DNA from: a bacterium
Lineage (GTDB): Bacteria > Myxococcota_A > Bradymonadia > UBA7976 > UBA1532
Assembly: GCA_030426085.1 (NCBI GenBank)
Contig: JAUHYW010000002.1
Span: 204,451 to 268,450 of the forward strand
DNA: 64,000 bases
Direction of reading: 5' to 3'
Positions 20,841 through 34,368 of this stretch are shown piece by piece. Position numbers and translations under genes: made by a program. Positions within the stretch are counted from its first letter, which is position 1. Each line of letters begins with the position of its first letter. The notes beneath the pieces were generated by a model. It did no database searches, was not told the origin of the DNA, and was given only the letters and a program-made list of their open reading frames with translations.

Positions 20841-21419
20841 ATGTCCGCTCATCTCCCGCCGCAGACGCCCGAGACCCGGCGCGTGATCCGCGCCCTGCGC
20901 CGGCAGGTGCGCTGGCTGACCGCGCTGGGGGTGCTGCTGGCCTGCGCCGTGGCCGGGCTGACGGGCTATCTGCTGGCCGTCGAGCGGCCGCTCGCCGGCG
21001 GCCCGGGGGCCACGGCGGCGCCCGCGGTGGCGCCGAGCGGGCCCCGGGGCGCGGGGCACCCCACCTTCGACTGTCGGGCGTTCACCGGCTCGCTGGCCGC
21101 GCCGGAGGGCGAGCCCATCGCCGAGCTGCGGCGCCGGCCGGCGGGGGCCCGGGTGCAGACCCGGGGCAAGGTGATGCAGGCGTTCCCCCGCATCATGGGG
21201 CTCAACTGGCTGCACCTGTGCGACGCGGCGGGCGGCGAGGTGCTGGTGGTGGCGACCCGCGACTGGGCCCACCCGGGCGACGAGGTGCGGGTCGAGGGCG
21301 TGCTCTCCCGGGATCGGGACATCGGCGGGGTGTATGTCTTCCCGCTGCTGGTCGAGGGCGAGCTGCGGGGGCCGGCGGTCATCGAGGCCCCAGCGAAGCC
21401 GGGTGGGATCGATCTGTGA
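20841..21419 (+). CDS. hypothetical membrane-anchored protein
   Basis: One TM helix (WLTALGVLLACAVAGLTGYLLAV) followed by a ~130-aa soluble domain with balanced composition. Start chosen at the internal Met of ORF 20778..21419. Runs divergent from the beta-barrel gene. Confidence 0.4.
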   Translation: MSAHLPPQTPETRRVIRALRRQVRWLTALGVLLACAVAGLTGYLLAVERPLAGGPGATAAPAVAPSGPRGAGHPTFDCRAFTGSLAAPEGEPIAELRRRPAGARVQTRGKVMQAFPRIMGLNWLHLCDAAGGEVLVVATRDWAHPGDEVRVEGVLSRDRDIGGVYVFPLLVEGELRGPAVIEAPAKPGGIDL

Positions 21420-21460
21420 CGGGTCCTTCGAGGGGCGTACACTGCCGCCGAGGAGGTGTG

Positions 21461-23572
21461 ATGCACGCAGCGTGGATGGGCGCCCGATGGCGCGCCGGGT
21501 GGATCGTCGGGGCCGGCCTGCTGGCTCTGTTCGGGTGCGACGACGGGGGCAGCGAGCCGGGCGAGGCGCCGCCGGATGCGATGATCGAGGCCGACGGGAT
21601 GCCGCCGCCGGATGCGGGCCGCGACGCCGCGCCCGACGGGATGCCGCCCGCGGCGGACGGAGGCCCCGCCGACCAGGGCCCCGACGCGGATCCTCCGCCC
21701 TCGCCGGCGTGCGAGGCGCTGGTGCCCGAGGTGTGCCTGCTGCCGTGGCCGTCGAGCCACTTCCTGACCCCCGACGAGAGCCGGGACACCGGCCTCCGGC
21801 TGGCGCCGCCGGTCGAGGGGCTGCCGGTCTCGAGCAGCGGGGTGCCGGTCGATCCGGGCCTCGTCGCCCGGTCCGACGGCTTCCCGCTGGGCACGCCGAT
21901 CGTGACCCTGATCCCCCACCTCGACGTGACGCCCCTGCCCGGTGAAGAGAGCATCGAGCGTTCGGTCGCGCCGGACAGCGCCCTGGGTCTGTTCGAGGTG
22001 ACCGACGACGGCCTGCGGGCCATCCCGGCCTTCGCCGAGCTGGACGCCCGGGAGGTGGATCCGGCGGCCCGGGTGCTGTTCGTGCGGCCGGCGGTGCTCC
22101 TGAAGGAAGACACCCGCTACGTGGTGGCGCTGCGCGGTCTGGTCGATCTGGACGGGGCGCCCATCGCCCCCGAGCCGGCCTTCGCCGCGCTGCGGGACGG
22201 CGCGGCCGAGGGGCCCCTGGCCGCCCGGCAGGCCGCGTTCGACGACATCTTCGCCGGGCTGGATGCCATCGGGTGGGATCGCACGTCGTTGACCACCGCC
22301 TGGGACTTCTACACCGCCAGCCATCGCTCGCTGCACGGTGACATCCTGCACATGCGCTCGGATGCCTTGCAGCGCATCGGCCCGGATGGGCCCGAGCTGT
22401 CTTTCGACGCCGTCGAGCAGCCCGATCCGGAGAGTGATCCCTACATCGCCTACCGGGTGCTGGGCACGATGCGGGTGCCGCATTACATGCGCCCGGTGGA
22501 TGGCTTCCTGAACGCGACGGCCTATGTCTTCAACCGGGGGCCGGATGGCATGCCCCTGGCCGATGGCTGGCGCGACGTGCCGTTCGTGCTGCTGGTGCCC
22601 CGCTCGGCGATCGACGGGCCGCCGCAGGGGCTCATCCAGTACGGGCACGGGCTCAACGGCTCGTTCGGGCAGGTCTCGAGCGAGCAGCATCGGCGCACGG
22701 CCGACGCGGACGGCTACCTGTACTTCGGGCTGAATCTGGTCGGCATGTCGACCGAGGACGTCGACAACATCATCGGCATCACCTACGACGCCAACCGCTT
22801 CGTCTGGCTGGCCGATCGGCTGCATCAGGGGCTGCTGGAGTCGATCCTGCTCGGCCGGGCGATGCGCCGGGTGCTGCCGACGATGCCCCAGCTCGCCGAG
22901 TGGGGGGTGACGGTCGATCCGGCGCGCAGCTACTACGAGGGCAACTCCCAGGGCGGCATCTTCGGCGCGACCCACGTCGCCCTGTCGCTGGACGTGACCC
23001 GGGGCATGCTGGGGGTGCCGGGGCAGAACTATTCGACGCTGCTCGAGCGGTCGGTGGACTTCACCCCGTTCTTCGGGGTGCTGGGCGCGGCCTACCCCCG
23101 GCGGGTCGATCAGGTGCTGCTGCTGGCGCTGATGCAGGTGCTGTGGGACAGCACCGATCCGGTGAGCCATTACGGGCACCTCATCGCCGATCCGTACCCC
23201 GACAACGAGCCGAATCAGGTCATCCTGGCGACGGCGAAGGGCGACTGGCAGGTGGCGCTGCTGACGGCCGAGATCGTGGCCCGCAGCGGCCTGGGGGTGG
23301 AGCTGATGGAGGGCTACGACGACGAGCGGACCCCGGCGCTGATCGAGCCGGTGCCCTACCCCCACCGCGGCTCGGCGCTGATCAACTGGGATTACGGCAA
23401 CCCGTGGCCGCCGGCGGGCAACCAGCCCCCGCGCGACGAGTTGGGCGACCCCCACGGCAAGCCGCGCCGCGATCCGGACTATCGGCGGCAGATGGTGCAC
23501 TTCTTCGAGACGGGCGAGATCATCGATGTGTGCGGCGGGGGGCCATGCCCGCCCCCCCGAGACGACCGCTGA
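21461..23572 (+). CDS. secreted alpha/beta-hydrolase-like lipoprotein (paralog of 16106..19225)
   Basis: Lipobox GAGLLALFGC. YGHGLNG and YYEGNSQGGIFG (GxSxG) motifs. Shares the N-terminal P-x-P-x-D...TG-x-R / DG-F/W-x-L motifs with 16106..19225. Start at the Met inside ORF 20822..23572. Confidence 0.7.
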   Translation: MHAAWMGARWRAGWIVGAGLLALFGCDDGGSEPGEAPPDAMIEADGMPPPDAGRDAAPDGMPPAADGGPADQGPDADPPPSPACEALVPEVCLLPWPSSHFLTPDESRDTGLRLAPPVEGLPVSSSGVPVDPGLVARSDGFPLGTPIVTLIPHLDVTPLPGEESIERSVAPDSALGLFEVTDDGLRAIPAFAELDAREVDPAARVLFVRPAVLLKEDTRYVVALRGLVDLDGAPIAPEPAFAALRDGAAEGPLAARQAAFDDIFAGLDAIGWDRTSLTTAWDFYTASHRSLHGDILHMRSDALQRIGPDGPELSFDAVEQPDPESDPYIAYRVLGTMRVPHYMRPVDGFLNATAYVFNRGPDGMPLADGWRDVPFVLLVPRSAIDGPPQGLIQYGHGLNGSFGQVSSEQHRRTADADGYLYFGLNLVGMSTEDVDNIIGITYDANRFVWLADRLHQGLLESILLGRAMRRVLPTMPQLAEWGVTVDPARSYYEGNSQGGIFGATHVALSLDVTRGMLGVPGQNYSTLLERSVDFTPFFGVLGAAYPRRVDQVLLLALMQVLWDSTDPVSHYGHLIADPYPDNEPNQVILATAKGDWQVALLTAEIVARSGLGVELMEGYDDERTPALIEPVPYPHRGSALINWDYGNPWPPAGNQPPRDELGDPHGKPRRDPDYRRQMVHFFETGEIIDVCGGGPCPPPRDDR

Positions 23573-23602
23573 CCGGCCGGGCATCCTGATACCCTCACAC
23601 CC

Positions 23603-26600
23603 ATGACCATCCCCCTCGGCCCCTTCGACCTCATCGCCTCCGCCGGCCGCGGCGCGATGGCCGAGGTGTGGCGGGCGGTGCACCGGCGGCAGGGGGTGCC
23701 GGTGGCGGTGAAGGTGGTCACCGCGCCCGCTGGACGGGAGGCGCGCTTCCGGCGGCTGTTCGCCCAGGAGGTCCGGGCGGTGGCCCGGCTGGATCACCCC
23801 AACGTGGTGCGCCTCTTCGATCACGGGGAGCTGCCGGCGGCGTTCGACCGGCTCGACGAGCCCCGGCTGCCGGCGGGCGCGCCGTATCTGGTCATGGCCT
23901 GGCTCGGCGGCGGGTCGCTGCGCAGCCGGGCGCCGATGCCCTGGCCGGCGCTGCGGTCGACGCTGCTCGGGCTGCTCGACGGGCTGGCCCACGCCCACGC
24001 CCGGGGGGTCGTTCACCGGGACCTCAAGATCGACAACGTGCTCTTCGGGTCCCGGGGGCCGGTGCTGACCGACTTCGGGCTGGCGTGGCAGGACGATCGG
24101 CTCGGGGGCCAGACCGATCCGACGCGGCGGCTGATGGGCACCCCGAACTACATGGCCCCCGAGCAGATCGACATCGACGACCGCTCGCTGGGGCCGTGGA
24201 CCGATCTGTACGCGATGGGCTGCCTGGCGTGGTGTCTGGCGACCGGGCGGCCGCCGTTCGATCGGCCGAGCCCGATGGCGGTGCTGCAAGCCCACCTCGA
24301 GGAGCAGCCCCCGGCCATGCTCGGGGCCTACCCCCAGCCGAAGGCGTTCGAGGCGTGGGCCCGGCGGCTGCTGGCCAAGGCCCCCCGGCGGCGGTTCTGG
24401 TTCGCGGCGGACGCGGCCCGGGCGCTGATGGCGATCCCCGAGGCGCTCGACGGGCCGGTGACCCGGGTCCGAGCGGCGGTGGTCACCCGCCGCGATCCCA
24501 GCGTGAGCGATCTGACCCTGGTGGCCCCCCCGGCCTTCGTCTCGATCACCGATCCCGGCTGGATCCCGGCCCGGGGCCCCGATACGCAGCCGCCGATGCC
24601 CCAGAGCTGGCAGGGCCCGGAGGTGGAGCACGACACCCCGGTGCTGCTCGGCGCCGGGCGGGCGCTGTTCGGCCTGCGCACGCCGGCCCTGCACGGGCGG
24701 TCGGCCGAGCGGGACGTGCTGTGGGCGGCGCTGCGGGGCGTGGTCGAGGGCGGCGGCGCGGCGGCGGTGGTCATCGAGGGGCCGCCGGGGCAGGGCAAGT
24801 CGCGGCTGGCGGCGTGGCTGGGGCACCGGGCCCACGAGCTGGGGGTGGCCGACGCGCTGCACGCGAACCACGCGCTGCCCCGGGGCGGGCAGTGCGGGCT
24901 GCTGCCGATGCTGGGGCGCTATCTGCGCTGCGAGGGGCTGGACGCGGCCGAGCGCCTGGCCCGGGTGGCCCGCTGGATCGACGACGAGGGCACGGCCCGG
25001 GCGGTGACGGCCCTGTTCGAGCCGGACGGTCGGCTGCTGCTCGGCGGGCGGGCCCTGGCGGTGCAGGTCGAGGCCGAGCGCCGGGAGACGGTCTGCCGGG
25101 CTCTGGCCGCGCTGGCTCGGCGGCCCCTGATCGTGCAGATCGACGACGTGCAGTGGGCCGAGGACGCGCTGGCCTTCGCCGGGCACCTGCTCGAGCATCA
25201 CGCCCGCCTGCCGGTGCTGGTGGTGCTGACGGCCCGCTCGGACGGGCGGCGGCCGACCCGGGCGCTGCTGGACGGCCTGATCGCGGGGGGCGCGACCCAC
25301 ATCGAGCTGGGGCCGCTGTCGCCGACGGCCCACCGGGCGCTGCTGGGGTCGATGCTGCCCTTCGACGACGCGCTGCTCGATCGCCTGGTGGCCCGGGTCG
25401 GGGGCAGCCCGATCTTCGCCGAGCAGCTCATCCACCACTGGCTGGCCACCGACGCGCTGGAGAGCGGTCGCCGGGGGCTGCGGCTCAAGGCGGGGGCCGA
25501 CGCCGCGCCGCCGGCCGATCTGCGGGCGCTGTGGGTGAGCCGCCTGAACGAGGCGCTCGAGCCGGCCGAGGTCGACGCTCAGGCGGGCTTCGAGCTGGCG
25601 GCGGCCCTGGGGCAGCGCTTCGACGCCGAGGAGTGGGCGGTGGTGTGCGCGGCGGCGGGGCTCGCGCCGCCCCGGGACGGGCTCGATCGCATGCTCGACG
25701 CCCAGCTCGTGCACACCATCCCCGGCGGGTTCGCCTTCACCCACGCGATGCTGCGCGAGGCGCTGCAACAGCAGGCGGGCGCGGGCGGGCGGCGGGCGCG
25801 CTGGAATCGGCTGTGCGCCGCGCTCCTCGCCGAGCGGGGGGCCGATCCGAAGCGGCTGGCCGACCACCTGATCGCGGCCGACGCGCCGGAGGAGGCCCTC
25901 GCGCCCCTGGCCCTGGCGATCGGGGCCGCCCGCCGCCGCTCGGACTTCCCGGCGATGCGGCGCCTGATCGAGCAGCAGGTCGGGCTGCTGCGCGCGCTGC
26001 GGATCGGGCGCTCGGACCCCCGCTGGACCGCGACCCGGATCTTCGTCGCCCGGCTGGCGCTGGCCGAGCAGGCCTTCCCCCGGGCCATGCGCTGGGCCCG
26101 CCGGGCGGTGCGCAGCGCGCGGGCGGGCGGTGATCGGGCGCGGCTGGTCGAGGCGCTGATCGTGCGGGGGGACGCGGGCCTGAAGACGTCGCAGGGGCTG
26201 GCGGGCGCGCTGGCCGATCTGGACGACGCCCGGCGGCTGGCCGAGTCCATCGGCTCCCGGGCCCGGGCGGCCGAGGCGCTGACCAAGCGGGGCACGGCGC
26301 TGCTGGTGGCCGGGGAGACGGCGGGGGCCCAGGTGGCGTTCGTGGCGGCCCACGCCCGGCTGTCGGCCCTGGTCGATCCCGACGACGAGCTGATGGGCGA
26401 GGTGCTGCGCAAGCTGATGGACGTCGCCCGCCGGGTGGGCGATCACGACGCGGCGTGGGCCCACGGGCAGCGGGCCTTCGCCCATTACGAGCGCATCGGC
26501 TCGCGGTGGTCGATGGCCCGGGTGAGCAATACGCTGGGCGACATCGAGCGCTATCGGGGCAACATGGCGGGCGCGGTCCGGCGCTACGAGGCGCTGCGCC

Positions 26601-27034
26601 AGCTCAGCGAGGAGCTGGGCCTGCCGCTGGGGGTCAGCTTCGCCGAGGCCAACCTGGGGCTGGTGCTCATGGAGCTCGAGCGCTACGACGAGGCCCGGCC
26701 CCTGCTCGAGCGGGCCCTGACGGCGACCCGCAGCCGGGACGACGCCGAGACGGTCTGCTATCTCAACGCGGCGCTGTGGGCCTGCGACGCGGCGCGGGGC
26801 GACTGGACCGCGTGGGACGCCCGCCGGGCGGCGCTGGGGCCCCTGTTCAGCGGTCGGCTGCACGACCCCGACGCGGCGCTGTGCGCCGAGCACGCCGCCC
26901 GCCTGGCCCACCGGGCGGGGCGCGCGGGGCGGGCGGCGGACGCGGTGCGGATGGCGGCGGCGCAGCACGCGGCGCTGGGTCGCCCGGAGGCCACGGCGGC
27001 GCTGCGGCAGGCCCTGGGGCTGGCCCACAGGTGA
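23603..27034 (+). CDS. Ser/Thr protein kinase fused to P-loop NTPase and TPR-like C-terminal region
   Basis: Hanks kinase motifs: VAVK, HRDLKIDNVLF, DFG, GTPNYMAPEQ. Followed by a Walker A motif (VVIEGPPGQGKSRLAAWL) and C-terminal helical TPR-like repeats. Confidence 0.85.
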   Translation: MTIPLGPFDLIASAGRGAMAEVWRAVHRRQGVPVAVKVVTAPAGREARFRRLFAQEVRAVARLDHPNVVRLFDHGELPAAFDRLDEPRLPAGAPYLVMAWLGGGSLRSRAPMPWPALRSTLLGLLDGLAHAHARGVVHRDLKIDNVLFGSRGPVLTDFGLAWQDDRLGGQTDPTRRLMGTPNYMAPEQIDIDDRSLGPWTDLYAMGCLAWCLATGRPPFDRPSPMAVLQAHLEEQPPAMLGAYPQPKAFEAWARRLLAKAPRRRFWFAADAARALMAIPEALDGPVTRVRAAVVTRRDPSVSDLTLVAPPAFVSITDPGWIPARGPDTQPPMPQSWQGPEVEHDTPVLLGAGRALFGLRTPALHGRSAERDVLWAALRGVVEGGGAAAVVIEGPPGQGKSRLAAWLGHRAHELGVADALHANHALPRGGQCGLLPMLGRYLRCEGLDAAERLARVARWIDDEGTARAVTALFEPDGRLLLGGRALAVQVEAERRETVCRALAALARRPLIVQIDDVQWAEDALAFAGHLLEHHARLPVLVVLTARSDGRRPTRALLDGLIAGGATHIELGPLSPTAHRALLGSMLPFDDALLDRLVARVGGSPIFAEQLIHHWLATDALESGRRGLRLKAGADAAPPADLRALWVSRLNEALEPAEVDAQAGFELAAALGQRFDAEEWAVVCAAAGLAPPRDGLDRMLDAQLVHTIPGGFAFTHAMLREALQQQAGAGGRRARWNRLCAALLAERGADPKRLADHLIAADAPEEALAPLALAIGAARRRSDFPAMRRLIEQQVGLLRALRIGRSDPRWTATRIFVARLALAEQAFPRAMRWARRAVRSARAGGDRARLVEALIVRGDAGLKTSQGLAGALADLDDARRLAESIGSRARAAEALTKRGTALLVAGETAGAQVAFVAAHARLSALVDPDDELMGEVLRKLMDVARRVGDHDAAWAHGQRAFAHYERIGSRWSMARVSNTLGDIERYRGNMAGAVRRYEALRQLSEELGLPLGVSFAEANLGLVLMELERYDEARPLLERALTATRSRDDAETVCYLNAALWACDAARGDWTAWDARRAALGPLFSGRLHDPDAALCAEHAARLAHRAGRAGRAADAVRMAAAQHAALGRPEATAALRQALGLAHR

Positions 27035-27097
27035 GCCCGGCCCGATGAAATACGCCGGACAGCGGCGCCCGCCGGCCGGGGCTGGTAGCGTGAGTCC

Positions 27098-30484
<3,387 letters not shown>

Positions 30485-30513
30485 GGGCGGCCGCTCGGCG
30501 AGCTCGGCGGGCT

Positions 30514-31779
30514 TCAGCGAAAGACGTACCCGTCCCGCTTCAGGCCCGGCTCCAGCGGGCAGTTGCCGTCGAGGTCGAGCTCCCACAGCCAGCCGTCGTA
30601 GTCCAGCTCGTCGAACTCGCAGCAGTAGAGGCTGCTGGAGACCGCGGCGATCACCCGGTTGCCCACGACGTGCAGGTCGGTGACCGTCGCCGCCACGTCG
30701 CGGGCCACCATGCGGGACCAGACGACGTCGCCCCGGGCGTCGGTCCGCAGCAGCCACGCCTGACACCACGCACGAGCCTCGCCGCACGCGCTGCCCCCGA
30801 GCAGCCAGCCCCCGTCGGGCATGGCGCGGCCGGCGAGCAGCGCGCCCTGGGTGGTGCCGTCGGGCAGCTCGATGTGACGCTCGTCGAAGAGCGACCCGTC
30901 GGCGGCGATCCGAGCCATGAACGGCCGGGCGGCCTCGTAGCGGAAGCCGCTGTGCCCCTCGATGGCGAGCACGACCGGCTCCCCCATCCGATCGAGCAGC
31001 AGGCGCTGGGGCTCGTACTCGACCTGGAGGTACTGCTTGTGCGCCACGAAGTCACCGGTGCGGGCGTCGACCCGCATGACGAAGCCGGCGACGACCAGCG
31101 TCTCCTCGAGGGGTCGGCCGTGCCCCACCGCGATGATCTGAGAGCCATCGCGCGACGCGACGATGCCGGTGAACCCACCGTACGTCAGCGCCGACCAGGG
31201 CCCCTGGCCCAGGTACGGCCTGTGCCAGATCGAGCGGCCGGTGGCGGGGTCGAAGCGGATGAGGGTCGGAATCTCCCGGCCGATCGCCTTGGTCGACGAG
31301 CCGACGACGAGGTGCCCCGAGTCGACCGGGACCAGATCCACCGCCGCGATGCGCCTCATCTCGTCGTATGAGCCGAGGTGGGTGGGCTGCTCGAAGTCGT
31401 CGCGGGTCCAGCGGTAGAAGTCGACCCCGTCCATGCCGGTGATCAGCCCCTGCTCGGTGAGGGCCACCGCCTGCGCCGGCCACCCGAGGCGGTAGGACAG
31501 CGGGCGCTGGGCGCCCGTCGGGTCGAACTGGACCACCCGCCCGGTCGGCAGCCGATAGCGGTTGTAGTTGTTGCCCACGAGGTAGATCTCGCCGTCGGGC
31601 AGCGGGATCAGCCGCTCGACCCGCCCGAATGGCCCCACCTCGACCGGCCCGCAGCGTCGCTCACCGACCTCGATCCCGGGCCGCTCGCGCAGCGCCTCGT
31701 CTCCAGCCACATCGTCACACGCCGTCAGGGTCAGCAGCACGAACAGGGCCCGTCCGGTTGATGACAGCAGGTGTCGCAT
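30514..31779 (-). CDS. beta-propeller-like lipoprotein
   Basis: Signal plus lipobox MRHLLSSTGRALFVLLTLTAC, Met at codon 72 of ORF 30514..31992. Repeated hydrophobic-strand modules (LVVG, IIAVGHG, VVLAIEGH, VIAAVSS). Confidence 0.55.
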   Translation of the reverse strand: MRHLLSSTGRALFVLLTLTACDDVAGDEALRERPGIEVGERRCGPVEVGPFGRVERLIPLPDGEIYLVGNNYNRYRLPTGRVVQFDPTGAQRPLSYRLGWPAQAVALTEQGLITGMDGVDFYRWTRDDFEQPTHLGSYDEMRRIAAVDLVPVDSGHLVVGSSTKAIGREIPTLIRFDPATGRSIWHRPYLGQGPWSALTYGGFTGIVASRDGSQIIAVGHGRPLEETLVVAGFVMRVDARTGDFVAHKQYLQVEYEPQRLLLDRMGEPVVLAIEGHSGFRYEAARPFMARIAADGSLFDERHIELPDGTTQGALLAGRAMPDGGWLLGGSACGEARAWCQAWLLRTDARGDVVWSRMVARDVAATVTDLHVVGNRVIAAVSSSLYCCEFDELDYDGWLWELDLDGNCPLEPGLKRDGYVFR

Positions 31780-31822
31780 GCCGGCAGTATAGCCCGAACC
31801 CGGGAGGTCGAGTGAAGCCCAA

Positions 31823-32725
31823 GTGAGCCTCTTGCCGTTCATCGCCGCGCTCGTCGCCGGGCTGTGGTGGCTGGGCGCCCCGCCCGAGGTCGCCCGCAGG
31901 CGCCGGCTGCCGGGAGCCCTGCTCGTGGCGGCGCTGCTCGCCGGCACCGTCCTCGCCCTGCCCCATCCGGCGATGATCGACAAGCTGCTCACCCGCCTCG
32001 CCCTGCCGGTGGGGCTGATGTGGGCCCTGGGCTACGCCGGCATCGTGGCCTGTCTGCGGGCCGGGCATCGGCGGGCGGCGGCCATCGCGCTCGCCGGGTG
32101 GCTGCTGTACACCGCCGCCGGCAACGCCTGGGTCGGCGGCGCCCTCTACGCCGGCCTCGAGCGGGCGATCCCCCCGCTGTCGGACCTGGCGGGCGCGGGT
32201 CGGTTGGATGTCATCATGATCCTCGGCGGGGGTACCGAGGCCGGCCCCGATGGCCGACCGCAGCTCACCGCCAACGGCGATCGCCTGCGGGTCGCCGCCG
32301 CCGCGTGGCGCCGGGGGCACGCGGTCCGACTCGTCGCCAGCGGCACCAGCGTCGCCGCGCTCGATCGGGCCGGAGAGCGCGACCTGGGCGCCGAGAGCCG
32401 CAGCCTGCTCGAAGACATGGGCCTGGCAGCAGACGCGCTGCTGACACTGCCCGGGCCCTACAACACCGCCACCGAGGTCGCCGCGCTGGCCGAGGAGGCC
32501 CGCGCCCGGGGCTGGACCCGCATCGGGCTGGTCACCAGCGCCTGGCACATGCGCCGGGCGCTGCGACTCGCCCGGGCGCGGGGGCTCGACCCGATCCCCA
32601 TCGGCGCCGACTATCGGGGCCGGATCCCGCCGATCACCGCGGTGGGGCTGGTGCCCACCGGCAGCGCCCACTATCAGGTGCAGGTCGCCCTCAAGGAACA
32701 CCTCGCCGGTCTGGTGGGGCGGTGA
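31823..32725 (+). CDS. DUF218 (YdcF/ElyC family) membrane protein
   Basis: N-terminal TM helices followed by a DUF218-like domain with ...GLVTSAWHMRRALRLA.... 300 aa. Confidence 0.6.
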   Translation: MSLLPFIAALVAGLWWLGAPPEVARRRRLPGALLVAALLAGTVLALPHPAMIDKLLTRLALPVGLMWALGYAGIVACLRAGHRRAAAIALAGWLLYTAAGNAWVGGALYAGLERAIPPLSDLAGAGRLDVIMILGGGTEAGPDGRPQLTANGDRLRVAAAAWRRGHAVRLVASGTSVAALDRAGERDLGAESRSLLEDMGLAADALLTLPGPYNTATEVAALAEEARARGWTRIGLVTSAWHMRRALRLARARGLDPIPIGADYRGRIPPITAVGLVPTGSAHYQVQVALKEHLAGLVGR

Positions 32726-32748
32726 TCGGACGACACGGAGACCGCGCG

Positions 32749-34368
32749 ATGCCGAACGACCGACGCAGCCACTGGGCCTGGGGCCTCGCCGGACGCCAGC
32801 TCGACGCCGCCGGGCGGACGAACCTCGCCCGCCAGCTCGGCGCGCTGATGGGGGTCGAGCCGCCCGAACCCCGATCGGCGGTGCCGCTCGACGCGATCGA
32901 GCTGCGCCCGAGCCGCCTCGACGCCCCGGCGCCCTGGATCACCGACGCCCACGCCGAGCGGGTGACCCACACCTACGGCCGCAGCTACCCCGATCAGGTG
33001 CGCGGCTTCGGCGGCGACTTCGCCCCGGCGCCCGATCTGGTCGCCCGGCCGGGCACCGACGCCGAGCTGGAGCAGCTCTTCGAATGGGCTGCGACGCGCG
33101 GGGTGGCGGTGGTCCCCTACGGCGGCGGCACAAGCGTCGTCGGCGGGGTGACCTATGCCGGCGAGCGCCCCTGGCTCAGCCTCGACCTCGGCGGCTTCGA
33201 TCGGGCGCTCGATGTGGACCCGGTCTCGCGCCTCGCCCGGCTGCAAGCGGGCCTCACCGGCCCGGCGCTCGAAGCCGCGCTCGCCCCCCACGGCCTGACG
33301 CTGCGCCACTTCCCCCAGTCGTTCGAGTTCTCGACCCTCGGCGGCTGGCTCGCGACCCGGGCCGGCGGCCACTTCGCGACGGTCTACACCCACATCGACG
33401 ACCTCGTCGCCGGGATGCGGGTCCTGACCCCCGGGGCCGGCGTCTTCGAGACCCGCTGCCTGCCCGGCTCGGGCGCCGGCCCCAGCCCCGACCGGCTGAT
33501 GCTCGGCTCCGAGGGCACCCTGGGAATCATCACCGACGCCTGGATGCGGGTGCGCCCCCGCCCCCGATGGCGGGCCCGGGCCGCGCTGCACTTCGACCGC
33601 TTCGCGGCCGCGGTCGCCGCCACCCGGGCCCTGGCCCAGTCGGGGCTGCACCCCAGCAACTGCCGGCTGCTCGACCGCCGGGAGGCCGCGCTCAACTTCG
33701 TGACCGGCGACGGGCGGCACGTCCTGCTCGTGGCGTTCGAATCGGCCGATCATCCGCTCGACGCCGCCATCGAGCGGGCCGTCGCGATCGGCGCCGAGCA
33801 CGGCGGCCTCTGCCCCGCCGGCGCCCGCACCCGCGACACCCGAGAGGACCCCGAGGCCGCCCCCCGCGACGCCGGCGGCGCCTGGAAGAGCGCCTTCATC
33901 GAAGCCCCCTACCTGCAATCGAGCCTGATCGGGCTGGGCTTCGTGGCCGACACCTTCGAAACCGCGTGCCCGTGGGGCGCCTTCGAATCGCTGCACGGCG
34001 CGGTGAGAGAAGCCGTCTTCGACGCGATGCAGCGGGGGTCGATCGGCCGGCGGGGGCACCTCGGCTGCCGCTTCACCCACGTCTACCCCGACGGGCCGGC
34101 GCCGTATTACACCTTCATCGCGCCCACCCGGCCGAGCGCCGAGTTGGAGGACTGGGGGCGCATCAAGCGCGCGGCGAGCGAAGCCATCCTGGCCCACGGC
34201 GGCACGATCACCCACCACCACGCCGTCGGTCGGACCCACCGCCCGTGGGCCGAGCGCCAGCGCCCGCCGGGCTTCACCGCCGTCCTGCGAGCGGCCCGGC
34301 AGGTGCTCGATCCGGCCGGGGTGCTCAACCCGGGCGCCCTGATCGCCGAAGCAGCACCCGCCGGCTGA
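32749..34368 (+). CDS. FAD-linked oxidase (alkyl-dihydroxyacetonephosphate synthase / D-lactate dehydrogenase-like)
   Basis: PCMH-type FAD-binding segment (VVPYGGGTSVVGG) plus a C-terminal HHHAVG motif typical of the AgpS/GlcD family. Start at MPNDRRSHW inside ORF 31864..34368. Confidence 0.8.
   Translation: MPNDRRSHWAWGLAGRQLDAAGRTNLARQLGALMGVEPPEPRSAVPLDAIELRPSRLDAPAPWITDAHAERVTHTYGRSYPDQVRGFGGDFAPAPDLVARPGTDAELEQLFEWAATRGVAVVPYGGGTSVVGGVTYAGERPWLSLDLGGFDRALDVDPVSRLARLQAGLTGPALEAALAPHGLTLRHFPQSFEFSTLGGWLATRAGGHFATVYTHIDDLVAGMRVLTPGAGVFETRCLPGSGAGPSPDRLMLGSEGTLGIITDAWMRVRPRPRWRARAALHFDRFAAAVAATRALAQSGLHPSNCRLLDRREAALNFVTGDGRHVLLVAFESADHPLDAAIERAVAIGAEHGGLCPAGARTRDTREDPEAAPRDAGGAWKSAFIEAPYLQSSLIGLGFVADTFETACPWGAFESLHGAVREAVFDAMQRGSIGRRGHLGCRFTHVYPDGPAPYYTFIAPTRPSAELEDWGRIKRAASEAILAHGGTITHHHAVGRTHRPWAERQRPPGFTAVLRAARQVLDPAGVLNPGALIAEAAPAG

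Noticed and set aside
20966-27028. 2020-aa minus-strand ORF
   Set aside because: It is antisense to the hydrolase lipoprotein and the first Ser/Thr kinase. It is extremely Arg/Pro/Gly-rich low complexity, and the plus-strand frames carry unmistakable kinase and hydrolase motifs.
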